The notes below the pieces were generated by a model. It worked only from the letters and a program-made list of their open reading frames with translations. It was not told where the DNA came from and did not search any database. A program made the translations under genes and the position numbers. A DNA stretch of 62,661 nucleotides, filler included, from Sphacelaria rigidula (Eukaryota), in NCBI GenBank assembly GCA_964200075.2. It is 7 parts of 7 records of this genome, joined end to end, with 100 filler letters (N's around TTAATTAATTAA, not from the genome) between each part and the next. Parts side by side here need not be neighbours in the genome. Positions count along the whole stretch, not along the records: positions 8,968 to 17,834 come from CAXNAA020009896.1; positions 17,935 to 26,800 come from CAXNAA020009897.1; 5 more parts are not named here. One strand, given 5' to 3'. This document shows positions 11,502 through 24,707 of this stretch, in pieces (position 1 is the first letter of the stretch; the number at the start of each line of letters is the position of its first letter).

Positions 11502-12392
11502 GTACTCATTAGTTGCTGTAATCTGACCATTAACCACGCATTTCTTTCGAGACGGAGCACCGTTCCTATTCCTATTGGAGACGCCTCCAATATTTCGGCG
11601 CTCATCACGTGTCTTCCATACATTACACAAGAACCTGTTTGCAGTTCTTATGCCCTACTGTTCCGCCGTCTCCGGCCACCACCGATCTCCTCGTATAGCC
11701 ATCGGTTTCTCGCTGCTGTCAAATGTACCAAACAATTTCATGCCGCAGTCACTTACTTCCCTCATCTTTTCCTCCAACACGCCCCGTTTCTCCTTGCATA
11801 GTTCACACTCTGTCATTGTATGGGTTCCACTCTCTGTTGCTTTGGCACAAGAGCAACTCTCGGCATCTACTTCCTCTTCCACCCTTTTACTGGGATACCT
11901 CTTCTCTCCGGCAGGTCCAGGTCCCACACCCGAAATCGCAGTTTCAGCCATTTCACGTAGCCCTGCCATGCGGATACATTTTCATCCTCATCCCTTTCCT
12001 AACCTCCCATATATTTTTAGGTGCTTTTTATCGCCCACTTTCCCTTTTGGCGCAATTTTCCCTCTTATTTACACCATGTGTCTTACTTCTGTACCCCTCA
12101 CAATTCACTTATGGACAATATCTCTTCTTAGTTTTCTCCTATATTCTTCCACACGTTCTTGACTACGCTATCCTACTTTGTTCCAGTCTGCCCTATCGTT
12201 ACTTCCTCGTATACAGTCTTCTCAACTATGGGCGCCAGTCTCTTGCTCGGCATGTTCCTCACATATATTGCCAATTCAATATTCTCGCGTCTCCACTTAT
12301 GCTACGTGGGCACATTTCTTATTATGCTTCTAATTTTGTATTTCTCGTCGCTTTGAGCATCCAAGTATTTTGTTGCTTGCTTTATTTTTTCT
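11502..12392 (-). mobile_element. LINE (RTE/RTEX-like) 3' fragment, degenerate ORF2 C-terminus (family B)
   Basis: EEEVDAESCSCAKATESGTHTMTECELCKEKR (non-LTR CCHC finger), then ...AIRGDRWWPE...RFLCNVWK...NGAPSRKKCVVNGQ; ends ATGAGTAC + C-run; G-runs on both flanks. Confidence 0.8.
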
Positions 12393-12553
12393 GGGGAGAG
12401 GGGGGGGGGGGGGGGGGGGGGGGGGGTTTTTGCCCTCCACCTCCGCCTTTTTTTGGGGGGTTCCCCCGGTTTCTGGGGGGGTTTTTTTTTTTTTTNNNNN
12501 NNNNNTTTTTGTGTTTTGTTTGTGTTGTGTGTTTTTTTGTGGGTGTTTTTTGT

Positions 12554-12587
<34 letters not shown>

Positions 12588-13090
12588 CCGTATTGCGCTA
12601 CACATCGGCACTTTTTGTGGGCGTATCCCCGGTATCAGGTGACGTTGCTGATATGTTTGTGGAGTAAAGACACGCTGCTGTTACCCGAAAAAATACTCGG
12701 CGCCAAATGGCATGCGAATATTGTCCCGAGGCTCTTACATCGCCCACAGGAACACGAACTGACGCTTCCCAAGATGCAGAGAAACAGACTCCGCAAAAGG
12801 CGCCATGCGTTGACTGGCGAACACCGAGTTATTGGCTGCCAAACGACACGCGGAATATGCAAAAACAAGCAACGTCTCTCGCGCATATACGTATTACTCA
12901 ATCGGCTCGCCGCACTTGCGTTGAAAAAATCACAAAGCACACTTGGGTCGTCGGCTGAAGGTACGCTTATTCAAGGTACAGCCTCCTGTTCCGATTCCGG
13001 CAGTACAGCTTTTGAAGCACACCTCGATACCATCACGTTACCACTGTCAGTGCCAAGTTTGATGCTCATTGGGCAGTCCCCCAGCTCAAG

Positions 13091-13131
13091 TCAATGGTCT
13101 TATGACTATGGCATGCATGATCATGAGTACA
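13091..13131 (+). mobile_element. 41-bp extreme 3' end of family A retroelement
   Basis: TCAATGGTC...CATGAGTACA between 12-bp TSDs CCCCAGCTCAAG (13079-13090 / 13132-13143). Confidence 0.85.
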
Positions 13132-13231
13132 CCCCAGCTCAAGGGGCGTGCTGGATTTCGCGCCCATATCTGCTCGCACCACACACTTCGCCTTAGATCA
13201 GGTCACCCCATCACGACCTGGGGCAGCTCAC

Positions 13232-13285
13232 CATTTGACGTACGATGCCAGAACCATTTCGCATTCGCCACCGCATGCCGGACGG
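13232..13285 (-). CDS. GGH: Gamma-glutamyl hydrolase exon
   Basis: RPACGGECEMVLASYVKW (GGH ASYVKW motif); TG|GTGAG donor joins G of the next exon to make Trp; the acceptor choice is inferred. Confidence 0.75.
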
Positions 13286-15544
13286 CTGCCTCCAGCGTTA
13301 TCGAGTTTGACGCGGATGAATGGAACGAAAACCGGCCGGTACGGAGAACAAAACGAGAGGTCAGCATTAGCCTTCGAGCTCGGACGCATGCGTTTCCATG
13401 ATGATGGAAGTTTCTCCACTTTTCCACAAGAAAAAGGACAACACCAATTACGCCGAATCATGTCTTATGATGTTATCTCGCAGAGAGAGCGAGCGCCGTC
13501 TCTCTACGATGCGAAAAATCATATTTTCACCGAAACAGCCACCGGTGTTTTGGCGGTGTTATACTGCCGTTATGACAACTACAGGCGTGTACGGACCTCG
13601 CTGGACATCAACCCTTTTGGGAACCCTCCCCTCCCGTCCCCGGTTCAGATGCCTCATTATTTCAAGCGCAGATAAAGAAGAAAATATGGGGGAAAAATTA
13701 CAGACAACAACCATTGCTACGGCAGAAGGCCACAGAAGAATCCGCCGACATATTTTCATTATCGCACCAAAAATGTCACCCCGGTGCGGTCGGATTAGTT
13801 TTACCAAATGAGGGGACGCAACGGGTCAAGTATGTTCAACTTTGTGCACACAGCAAAACCCCGCACCGCGGCCACTGGATTTCATACAACAAAAACCAGC
13901 ACCATTTGTGTATTTTGTTTTTATCTAGTCCTGTGTAGCACTGCGGCACACATTTACATAGGTGACGCATCCCACCGGAGTACTGTTGTGCTGCAGTCCG
14001 GAGGTCGTACCCGCCTAACACTTGGCAAGCGTGCTAAGCCATATCACAGAAACAAAGTAATATGGCCGGGCACACAAAAACCCGTGACAACACGTGGAAG
14101 GATTGAGGTACGATACAGTGTTTACGCGATTCACCGCCAGTTGGAAGCGGTCGCGGGTCTGAAAAACACGCCTTGGGGAAAATTGTGGTTTCTTGAAAGC
14201 TGCAAACAGGGCAAAATAGTGGTCCTTGGAAGCTGCAAACAATCAACTATATGTTGTTAAAAAAAACGGCACCTCGAAATCAGCACTTTTCCATTGCCAG
14301 TAGCAAAATGATGAATTAAAACAGCCTTGAGACGATTGGCGTCGACTTAACATCATGGAAAAATGACAGTGTCATTCCTTCTGGACGACAAAACGAGCTT
14401 TGTGCTTACCGACGATACGTGTGCTGCACGTCGAAAGCCAACGACGCAGCGTTGCCCTAACTATTTCGCTGCGGTGGTCGGATGTTCCCGACAGTGGACC
14501 TCCCCGAAGGAACTCAGAAGCGAGGCATATTATATACCCTTGATGTTTAGGCAAGGATCGGTCGTGACCCGGGTGATAGGCTGTTGGGGTCGACCTGCAT
14601 CGGGTACAGAGTAGTGTGTCTCCCCAGGACTCGACCATGGCTCTTGTTGTGGTGAACTCTTTCTACCGTCGAGATCCTGCTACCTAGGGTCGCGGAAATC
14701 CGGTCGCGCAGATATGATAGTTTGGGACTTCTCGAGCAGTCCACACTTTGTCTCCGGTTTACATGTCATACAAAAACTCACCTGGCACGTAGTTTGGAGT
14801 AACTTCCACACAGGGGTTTTTTGTATGTAGAGTCGTGTCAGTTACATCTCTTATAGGGCCGTTCATAATGGCACTGGGAACGAAACTTCACACGCCGGAA
14901 CAAGGTGAGAAAGAATACGGCTTTTGCACTACTGGAGAAATGTACCAGGCGCAGGGTGGGGGACCCGTAAAAATCAGTACATCTCAAGGACTCGTTGTCT
15001 ACGCCCTGCGATGTAGGGACGAATCAAACTTGCCCCGGCAGTCGGACGAAGCTACCCCATTCAGAAAGCTGAGCTACACATGACCGAGGCTACATTATGG
15101 GGGTCCTTCTTGAACTGTCACGCCCACACCTGCGTAAAATGACCAACATATTTTCAGAGGAGGAAAAACCTGATTGGAACGTTTGCGGACGTTGGCCGTA
15201 CCAAAATACCAACAGGTGAAGGGTCGCGAGTGGCTATCCGCAAAATGCAAAGACTAGCCGTTGGTGGGTCTCTGGGAGGTGGGTTCGCGCGAGTTCGGCG
15301 AAAGCAAGCGACAGATGACCAATGATTTGACCTTTTCAAAGCACAATGCAAACCCTGACCCCAACTACAACGTAAGGCGATCCCAGTACTTGGTTGTTGC
15401 GGCAATCAGCATGCATCGAGCACGATGCTTTCAAGAAGAGGTAATTTCAATGGATTTCGGTTGGTTCTTTATTCGCCTTGTTTGTCTTGGTTTTAGGTAT
15501 AAGGGAAACTACCATATCTGAGTCCCACACATTTTTTTTGTTCA

Positions 15545-15945
15545 TAAACCCAAGCATTTTCCCGGGTTGTATCCATACCCGATAGTTGTGTAAGTTTTGT
15601 AAGCCTCCCATACCCTGGGCACTGGTATACCTTTGCAACAATACCCGGGTAAGGGTACGGTTTCGAGTACAGCACCGAAAACCGTACCCGGCAGGTCTGA
15701 AACTTTTTGTACAAAACATTAACCTTTACCCGGGGTTAGAGTATACGTTGTGGAAATACGCGGTTGAGGATACAGGCTCCTGTAAAATAATCACCTTGTT
15801 CGGCAGGTTCTGGGTAAGCCGTAATATTTTCATACCGACACCCGACAATTTTCCAAGTCCTGTAGGGCTTGTCAGCTTCTCAATAACGTACCCGGGGTAC
15901 GGGTATACCCTTGTGAAATACTCAAATGCAACCGGTTGCCCCGGT
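15545..15945. repeat. MITE-like region with repeated TACCCGGG / GGGTA motifs
   Basis: Multiple ATACCC/GGGTA(T/C) motifs in both orientations; termini not resolved. Confidence 0.4.
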
Positions 15946-16519
15946 GCTCAGGGGGGGGAGGGGGGGGGGGTATGGATATAGCTTTTAGTTGCTACAAATT
16001 CAACCGTCATGACCACAATCATATTCCCGTCTCACAGATCCACCTCGTCCACTCGAACAGCACACACACTCAAGAAAACTTGAACGTTTCTTTTGTTTCT
16101 ATTCTAAGCGAAACTAAAAGCATTGCTGTCCTGCTCGCAAGCATTGAAGGTGAAGTATAAAATCAACGCTTGCATGCGCGGGTAGCCTTCGTTCCTCGCT
16201 CTGTTGAATCCAGCATGCCGTGTCGGTGAAACTTGAAGGAGATGTGCCGTGCTCGAACATGTGCAAATGTTGCTTTCGGTATATATGTAATGAGTCGAGT
16301 TTCATTCTTGTCGTTTGAATGAATATTAATTGGTGATCAATATATTTTTTCTTTCCAATTTTGAAGAACCGTTTCCGTTTCTACTCACGCCATGCGCACA
16401 TATCAAAATGGTCATGCCTATATTGCCTCACTATGGTGGAGTTCAGGGTTCAACAGTGATCGGAGATAACCGTGCCCAATGCCTCATGCTAGTGGAGTTT
16501 AGGCTTCCACAGTGATCGG

Positions 16520-16746
16520 TCGGTTCCTCCCATCGTGTTTTTTTATCGCTTCTACAGCGAAGACGGTTCGATCTGGGGTAACCATGGTGATGGTCGAGTT
16601 AGATCATATTCTGCGGAGTCGGAGAACCTCAACTACACGCAAAGGGGATGACCATACGACGTAGTGTTTACATAGTGAGGCACCCATGAGGCATTGTATG
16701 CCGTAACTGTCACTGGAAGTGGCGATACCAGAAAATGAAGCAACTC
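16520..16746 (+). mobile_element. Family A retroelement internal fragment
   Basis: CACCCATGAGGCA...CTGGAAGTGGCGATACCAGAAAATGAAGCAACTC shared with 58600-59150 and 62590-62661. Confidence 0.7.
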
Positions 16747-17454
16747 TAGTCCTGCGCCAAAACAAAATGCACAATTTTTGGAACAAAATCTGAGCTCTTT
16801 TATTTCCTCACGCACTGTTGCAACGCCCAACTTCAGATTCAGAGACATGGGCTTGAATCGTGGTTTACATGACATGCGACATAAGTTTTCAGCACCTTGG
16901 AGCGACGACAGCGCGCGTACGACCGTGCCTCCCGCGCTGAGCATCTCTACAAGCGATACCGGAACGAATTTTCGACGACTTGTCATTATCCAGCGGGTGT
17001 GCCAGTACTGATCTATGTTTGTTTGCCAGCACTGCACCCTCCTAGGTGCTCATAATGTGGAAGTGAGTGCACCACCGTATCCAAGTATGCATTCACTCAC
17101 GGTGCACAGAATCTGGGCTTCGATATAGCTATTTTGAGGGCGTATCGACGGTATATCGGCAGTCGATTATAGTTTAATTTAATAGTTGGCCGAAATGAGC
17201 TGTTCTCCAGTGCACACGGAGCGTGTGTTGGGTCCAACTAGTGCACCAAATTTCACGGTGGTGACTTTACTCACCCACGGTCGAGAAATTAACAAGCAAA
17301 GTTTCTGTCCAAACGTGCAATCATCCTTGTATGCGGGCCAAGTTCTGGCATCCACAGATGTAGTGCGGGCATTCTGGTATACTCTTGTCCTCTTCTTTAT
17401 TTTGGCGCAGGATTGCTCGTTCGAGGTTGTCATGTATATGAAAGATACTAACTA

Positions 17455-17834
17455 CGCTTCAAGCCGAAAAATCTTCGTAGGATGCAGCTCCCTCTTTATG
17501 CTATATGCCCAACACATCACGACGCTTCGCGCTTTGAGGTGGCGAGCGTGGTCAGGTGAAAATCCGGCGTCTTCCTTCCCTGCTGTGTGGGGATGCAAGG
17601 TCAGCGGTCATATGACTACGGTATGGAAGATTATGAGCACATCCCCCCGCCCGCCCCTCCCCTTCCGAACGTCACGACACCGGTCTCTACATCTTGATGT
17701 CGGAACACCTTTGCTCGCCCGGTAACGGAGGCTGCGAAACTTCAACGTCGATCACCGGGGGGGTGGGGGGGTGGGTGTACTCATGATCATGCATGCCATA
17801 GTCATCAGACCATTGACCTCGCATCCCTACAACG
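17455..17834. mobile_element. Two family A 3' ends: 17455-17642 (+, diverged) and 17775-17834 (-)
   Basis: ...ATGACTACGGTATGGAAGATTATGAGCACATCCCCC and GGGTGTACTCATGATCATGCATGCCATAGTC. Confidence 0.75.
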
Positions 17835-17934
17835 NNNNNNNNNNNNNNNNNNNNNNNNNNNNNNNNNNNNNNNNNNNNTTAATTAATTAANNNNNNNNNN
17901 NNNNNNNNNNNNNNNNNNNNNNNNNNNNNNNNNN
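17835..17934. other. Artificial contig linker
   Basis: N44-TTAATTAATTAA-N44. Confidence 0.98.
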
Positions 17935-18329
17935 TTTGTGGGAGAAAACCCGGCAAGAGACCCACGCGCGCCGCCCGGGGGGGGGGGGGGGGGGGGGCCC
18001 CCGCGGGGGGGGGGGGGGGGGGGGGGGGGGGGAGGGGGGGGGGCGTTGGGGCTCGCGGCCTCGCCGCTCGCGGCCAATGTCCTCCCGGTTGATCGGCTTA
18101 GTCGATTGACTGGAAAACCATCAATTACTGGCCGCTGGCACGGCCAGTTTAAACTCAACTGGCCAGATCTTCCAGTTCACAGCCCTAGAAAAGTCGCATA
18201 TTAGTCCTTTTGGAACCTATTGGCGATTTTCGCCCTCGTGAATCGGCATCATTTTCAGCCATTTTAAAGTCAGAATGATGCCGATTCACAAAAACAAAAC
18301 TCGTCGATGGGTTTTCAAAGAGTTGATAT

Positions 18330-19204
18330 TAGAGTTGTGAACCCGTTTAGCTGGTCAGTAGATTGGTTACGAAAAGTTACAACCAGTTAAAGTTATCAGT
18401 TAAAACTGGCAAGGCAACGCGGTGGAGTCGCGTAAACGCCTCCCCCCCGGCTGGTGAGGGGGCTCCGCCGGAGGCAAGCAAATTACGCGATTTGGCTTCA
18501 CATCTCTTCAAAATCGCGGTAAACTTTAGCCGCCTAGCGCAAGCAATTCGAGCACGTAATCGATGCACGAAGACATACATGTATGGGGGAAAAGGAAACA
18601 TTACTGAACTTTGTTACGTGAATTCAAAAATCGAAGCGGTGAGACAGTAGTGCAGCATACATAGCATAGCGTTCCGCGTGTACCACCCAAGCGCCAGGAA
18701 CTACTTGTAGCACGACGACCTGGTAACGTTATTGGGTGTGCCTTCATCAGCTAGGAAAAATTGATGGACATCTCGATTCTTCCTCATGCTTCGGTATCAC
18801 ATTGACCAGCCACCACTGAAAGCTATACGCTTGATGCCGACGAATGAAAGCAAATCACAAACAACGACACAGCTACGAAACGCAATCTTGCTTCACATTT
18901 CAGAGGTCCGCGCCCAATCTCTATTCTTCTTGTGTTCATGATATATTGTCTACGATATTCGTGTCCCAAGTCTAGGTGTGTGCGCTGTGCCCACTCATCT
19001 CTGTGACAGCGTCCCCACGGTCATTGTAGTGCAATACTTAAGAAAAAATGCCTCGAGTATAACATATGTACACTGAACACTTGGAGTATGACACATACGT
19101 CGGGTGGAATAACTGGTTCAACTGGTTACAAATCCAATCAGTTAACCAGCTGTACCAGTTAACTGTAAGTGGTCAGTTGAACTGGCAGCCAGTTCACAAC
19201 TCTA
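18330..19204. mobile_element. Non-autonomous hAT element
   Basis: TIR TAGAGTTGTGAAC / GTTCACAACTCTA; 8-bp TSD GTTGATAT/GTTAATAT; AACTGG/CCAGTT subterminal motifs; partial second copy at about 42465-42943. Confidence 0.8.
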
Positions 19205-19602
19205 GTTAATATCGTATTCGCAAATAGTACTGTGCCCAGAACAACCACGCCTGAGTTTAATCGGATATCACATGTGCAGCGAGAGTTGCCAAACAATAAG
19301 TACCTATACACCTCTACAGCACGATGATTCATGCACGGGGGAGCAACGAGGCTGCCCGGTCAGCATTTTCATGTTGATTTCAACAGCACTAGGTACCACA
19401 CTACACTACAGTATACAGTACAACTCATCCCCCCAAAACCACGGGCCCGTCTCGGAGCCTCGCCACCAGGCGTTCGGCACAACGACAGTTGTCAGTAAGG
19501 CTAAAGCAGCAAGCACGGAGAAGAAAAGTAGTCCGTTGAGAGCACTTCATGTCCTCCCCGTTCCACGTCTTGTTCCCCCCTTCTGCCTTCCCGCACTGGT
19601 CA

Positions 19603-19861
19603 GACACCCATGAGGCAGTGTATAAGCTGTGGCTGTCTCTGGAAGTGGCGGTACCACAAAATAAAGCANNNNNNNNNNATCTTAGCAGGATGCAGCTCAC
19701 CCTTCATGCGACTCGCCGAACACACCACGGCGCTTCGCGCTTGGTGGTTTGAGTGCGAGCCTGGTCCGGCGAAAACCCGGCACACGGCGTGCTCCGTCCC
19801 GGCTTTGTAGGGATCCGAGGTCAATGGCCTTCTGACTATGGCATGCAAGATAATGAGTACA
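19603..19861 (+). mobile_element. Family A retroelement, 5'-truncated
   Basis: Ends ATGAGTACA; flanked by CCCTTCTGCCT on both sides. Confidence 0.8.
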
Positions 19862-20191
19862 CCCTTCTGCCTCCACGCCTTGGCCTCGCCTCTGGTCCCA
19901 AGTGTCCTACGTACAACGTCGGCCGCTATCTAGCAAATAAGTGAACGTGATGGTCCAAACATATATATATATATATATGTACGTGGGTGTACTCCTTTTT
20001 CGAGTAACGTGATGCAGTGTGTAACGGGGGTGCTACTTATCAGTGTCACAGCCATCGCGCTGCACTTTCATTCTTCTCTGCGCTGAACGTTATTTCTCGA
20101 ACAGTCCGAACGGTTACGAAAACGTCGGAGAACACTTTATGAACACATAGTTTCGAGACCAGAAATCACATTCCAAACTGTCTTGTATTCT

Positions 20192-20223
<32 letters not shown>

Positions 20224-20589
20224 AGGGGGGGTGAGTCTGGGATAACGGGATGGAGAGAGGGGCGGAGGGGTGTGAGTTGGGGNNNNNNNNNNTTTTTTTT
20301 ATATTTTTATTTTTTTTTGTTTTGGTTGGGGTGGGGGGGGGGGGGGGGGGGGGGGGGTAGGAAGGGTAAAGGGATGGTTCGCTGTGATAAATCAGTAGCA
20401 TATGTGATCATGGGATGTGAATTTTTTGTCGCGGTAAGAAGCGGCCTGAAAAAAGCCAATGTAATCGTGAATTTCGGGAGGGGGAGGAGGGGTCTTCCCC
20501 TCCAGGGACGATCGAAGACCAACTCCCCGTTGACAGGATTCACACAAAACAGGGCCTGGCACGTGGACGTACGTACCGGCCCTGTTCCG

Positions 20590-20830
20590 TAGGAAAACAG
20601 CAGAGCACATGCTACGTCGTGTATCAGGATGCCTCAGAGAATAACAGCGCATGCCACACTCGATATACACGCCGCAACGTTTCGTAGCCCAAACTTTGAC
20701 AACAACGCCCACAAGGGTGAGGGGTAAATGTTGGCGCATTTCTCAAGCTCCCCAACGTTTGTCATCGCCGTCCGTGGGTTGACACTCCTTCTCGGGGCCC
20801 TTTCCTCGCCAGGGCGTTTCAACGCAACCT
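20590..20830 (-). pseudogene. Possible degenerate hAT transposase C-terminus
   Basis: LEKCANIYPS..WALLSKFGLRNVAACISSVAC, then a frameshift into LFSEAS, resembling the S.ACERxFS motif. Confidence 0.4.
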
Positions 20831-22739
20831 AAAGTGATCTTTGTTCAATATTGTCGTGCTGCTGTGAGCACGTCCTTTCGTAGTAATTTTCGAACATTTT
20901 CATGCAAAATTCACCAAACTACAGAGAGGATGGCGATGGTCAGTCACTTTGGATGGCGGCAGTAGTGCATGGTCGTCTTGGATGAGGAAAGCAGTCGTCA
21001 GAAATTTCGAAACAGCTCTACAGACTTTTTGTGTGGCACTCCGGTTGAAAGCAAGAGCACCGCAGCGAAAGATACCTAAGGAGAAAACACATGTTCCGTC
21101 AAAACGTTCCAAGAGCTGTGACCTGACGAACCGATGGAGAATCAGTTAAGGTGTAGCTTGCTACGGCTAGCTTGCTACGACTTGCAACGCGACCCTCACT
21201 GTTTCCAAGGGTTAGAGCACGTCACATTCTCATGGCAGAGAAAGCATTATAAACGTTCGTCCGATGCATTATTCACTGTGCTCCTGGCCAGTGATTGCGC
21301 TGAGCGAAACCATACTCTCACTAGTCACGGCTGCTCAGACCGGGTACTATCTGCGGAGTAAAGAAGCACCGCTGAATACGGAAGGTATATTAGTCATGCA
21401 TCCATAATCAATTATACAGGCGGTGCTGCAAAACTACAAGGTCATCATCACCTTGCTCACATGTACTGGAATATACTGCAGCACTACTGCTGTGGCAGAG
21501 AGCGACGCTGTGCACAATGTTGTGCAGTACTGTACCGTACTCAATGGCGCGATACCCGCACGAGCGATCGCGTTAGAACACATTCGTTGTCCCCTCGCGT
21601 ATTCTCCACCTTGTTTCGATTCTTATTTTCTTTCAAGCGAACGTGACCCACAATACTCCACTACAGCCGCAGTTTCCCTCAGCTAGCATACCACAACACA
21701 ATACATGGTCCTTGGTTGGGCTTGGACGCACATACGTCATAGACGGAATATATCGTTAAGTCACTCGTTGCTGTCGTAGGATTCGGCTTGAAGTGCTCAC
21801 GCTCTGTACTTCCCTCCGTGTGTAAATCCTGGGAAAACTGTTAAATGGGGTGAACCTCAATTTGAGGTTGAATATCGTCTTATGGGAAAGGCTGCTGAAA
21901 GATAAAATAGTTCAGGATACTCACTTCTATGGCGGGGTCGGCCTGATATAGCCTGCTCAGCCCCAGCTCCAACTTGTCCATGTCTCGCTGGTGCAGCGCT
22001 TCTACGGCCACCCGAACCATGGGCTTCGCCTGACACGTTGGGGGAAACAACATAACCCATCAGCTGGCCAACACGGCGATTGCTCGATTGTTCCATCGAT
22101 TCATCAATTGAATGCCCTACATCAACATCAACATTTACGTGAACATTAACGTTACCTGGTCCGCTCCGAACCCAGCCATGTTGACGAAACGATCGCAACT
22201 ATATGTGAACAAATAACGGTGGTAGTCACGGAGAGAAACTTGAGCAAAAAAACAAGGAAGTAAACACAGCAGGTGACAAGAGAAGGAGAGGAAATGAAGC
22301 CGCTAAGATTGTTCGTCTGCGAGAAAAACGTGCTCGAGGATCTCCAGACAGCTTTGGGCGGCTTGCAGCTTATTCCGGAGGAGGGTGACGTCGACTGTCG
22401 TGGTGCGCTCACTGAACGGCCTGAAATCCGGGCGGCCATCCTCCAGAAAGATGGACTTTCACCCATGTCGTAGGCAGAGGGAGAAACAGCAGTAGACGTC
22501 ATGTTTTCTCGAGTACACCATTCGCTCTAGGGGAAGGTGGCCGATGATAACACCAGCGGAAATTCAATTCAATCCTTGCCTGATCCTGTCTGGCTCGGTA
22601 GGTACTCCACAACAAATGAAAACAACAGAGACAACATGTGGAGCACCGATTCCGATCCCAGAGCACACTTGAACGGCCTGCACCATGAAGACGAAATGTG
22701 AACATCCCAAAATACCGAGATATAGCTATATACCATCAC

Positions 22740-23168
22740 CTGCAGAGTCACAGCAACCATGGCAGGGCACTCCGGCGTATCGCTCAGTGTGGCGCACTTG
22801 TTCACGCGTCCTTCCAAGCCAGCCAGCGCCAAAATGTTCCCTGCAGGAACCTTGGACACGGGATGCAGCGCCGCCCCCATCATCATGTACAAAGCAATAT
22901 TCTCGTTCTCCCTCAGTCCAGGGCACTCCATATCCCGTCTTCCTCTATCCCCAACATCGGCAAACATTTCTTCCCCCTCCATCTTCTCGGACGGATTTCG
23001 ACGGCGGGTCCAAAGAAGCCCCGAACGCGGCACTTGCGCTCTTCGGTTCGCGTGGGTATGTCTTGATGACCTCGACGACTCGGCGGGGGGGACCCATACG
23101 CCTTCTCCGACGGGAGAAGCGTGCCTCCAGGATCCCGGTTTGAGGGGGTGGTACTTGGGTCCTAGCAC
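22740..23168 (-). CDS. EFL1: Elongation factor-like GTPase 1 (EFL1/Ria1) exon, domain II
   Basis: VLGPKYHP...LYMMMGAALHPVSKVPAGNILALAGLEGRVNKCATLS; 429 bp, AG/GT, phase 0-0. Confidence 0.88.
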
Positions 23169-23757
23169 CTGGGGCACGAGATGAGGCACGAATAAGGCGC
23201 GGGCGAGGACGGGGGGAGGGGGGGGATGAAACTGCCTTGTATCCTACAGCACTATGATTTGCCAATGTGCGATGTATGTGTACGGTCTAGAATTTCGCTT
23301 CCAACTATTGACACGGAGAAGCGAAGATATTTGGAGGCTACTCTCCAGTGTAACCCAAACTATGCAATAGCGAAGTAAGTCCTTCCACGATGCGTCAACA
23401 GCAGCAAGAATGGGGAACGCGCTCAATTCGTGCTGTGAAAGTACTTTACGTCATTATTATGTTCAAAATGTTTGACCCTTCGCACAAGGGGTGGGGACAG
23501 ACATTGCAGTAACTACCGCGGGCGGCCATGATGAAAACAAACAACAACTTTCGAAGGTTAAACGCACCAACACAGCAACCCGCGTCTCGCGGGACAACGA
23601 CCCCCGCTCTGTCGTTCTCTCTTTCCTTTCTCGACGCACACGCGAAAACGTATATATTGAAACCCGATCAAGTTAAAACAACAAATGCCCAGACGAAACA
23701 AACGACGAAGAAAAAAGCACTCAAACCTAGCATCAAACCCTCACGCAAGATTCTTAC

Positions 23758-24031
23758 CAGCAAGGGTGTGGACGGGGTAACGGTTCCGCTCAACACCCTG
23801 GCAAACGCCACAAACGCCAAAGAATCTGGATCTTGATCATCCTCTTCATCTCCTGACTCAACACTACCCCAATCATCTCCACCGCCCACAGGGGGGCGCC
23901 AAAGCTTGCCGTTTGTAGCCGTGATGTCTCGGTTTTTCACCGAGATCATCTTTGACACAAAGATTACCACCGGGGCAGAGGGAGAAGAGTCACAGTTAGC
24001 CACGGCCTGTCGCACCCTTTCCATTTCAGCC
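23758..24031 (-). CDS. EFL1: EFL1/Ria1 exon
   Basis: RQAVANCDSSPSAPVVIFVSKM...AFVAFARVLSGTV; CCAG acceptor, GTAAGA donor; phases match both neighbouring exons. Confidence 0.88.
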
Positions 24032-24329
24032 CTGGAAAATGTTGAAAATAAGGTCGGACCAAGGTGGAGTAGTACGATAAGCTCGGGATTGGGCGTTGGA
24101 GTTCGAGATGCGGTCGCTCACCCTAGGCGCAGGCTTCTTACAGAAGATATTTGACATCTGAGCCGGCAGACATTCAAGGGTTCAAAGAAAAGGTCACATG
24201 TTTGGTTGGGAGACAAAATACATGGGGTCCATGCTACCGTCATGGTCGATTGCCAGCGGAATTTAGAGACTCTACAGGGGAAGGCTTGGGAGGGGTCACG
24301 ACTCCAGGGAATTTTCATGACCATGGTGA

Positions 24330-24707
24330 GATTGTGCCACGCACCATACAGTTAGTTCCCAAGACGGACAGTGGATCTTTTCGTTGATCGGTTCAGAGTT
24401 CAAAGGTCTGCTTTCGGAACAACGCTCGGGGGTTCACCATCGCCGTAACGGATACCGTAGGTGCCGTCCGGAGTGTACCACCCGGGGTAATGAAAAGGCC
24501 GAATTTCGATTTGTTCCATAGCCCAGAACCCTTCCTTCCGTATGACGTCTCGTTAACCGAATGATCTGGACGGAACAATCAATGCTACAGCTGTCGACGG
24601 CGCGGCTAGCCGCCGCAGTTCACGAGGAAGTAGAGGTTCGGTTTCGTACCCTCCCGACTCCGGCGCGTTGATAGTCAAACGACGAATACGAGCAACAAAT
24701 GAGTACG
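24330..24707 (+). mobile_element. Diverged non-LTR 3' end in an EFL1 intron
   Basis: Ends GCAACAAATGAGTACG + C-run like family B; 5' boundary uncertain. Confidence 0.5.

Noticed and set aside
12393-12590. Poly-Gly/poly-Pro ORFs and long G/T runs (also near 70-105, 17975-18045, 20190-20360)
   Set aside because: Low-complexity, probably low-quality sequence at gap or contig edges; not coding
14380-15130. Possible Gypsy integrase relic
   Set aside because: Only faint motif hints (a GPVKI stretch); too degenerate to support
15170-15240. PVGILVRP as the missing GGH N-terminal exon
   Set aside because: Weak similarity to RPIIGIL and no convincing splice sites
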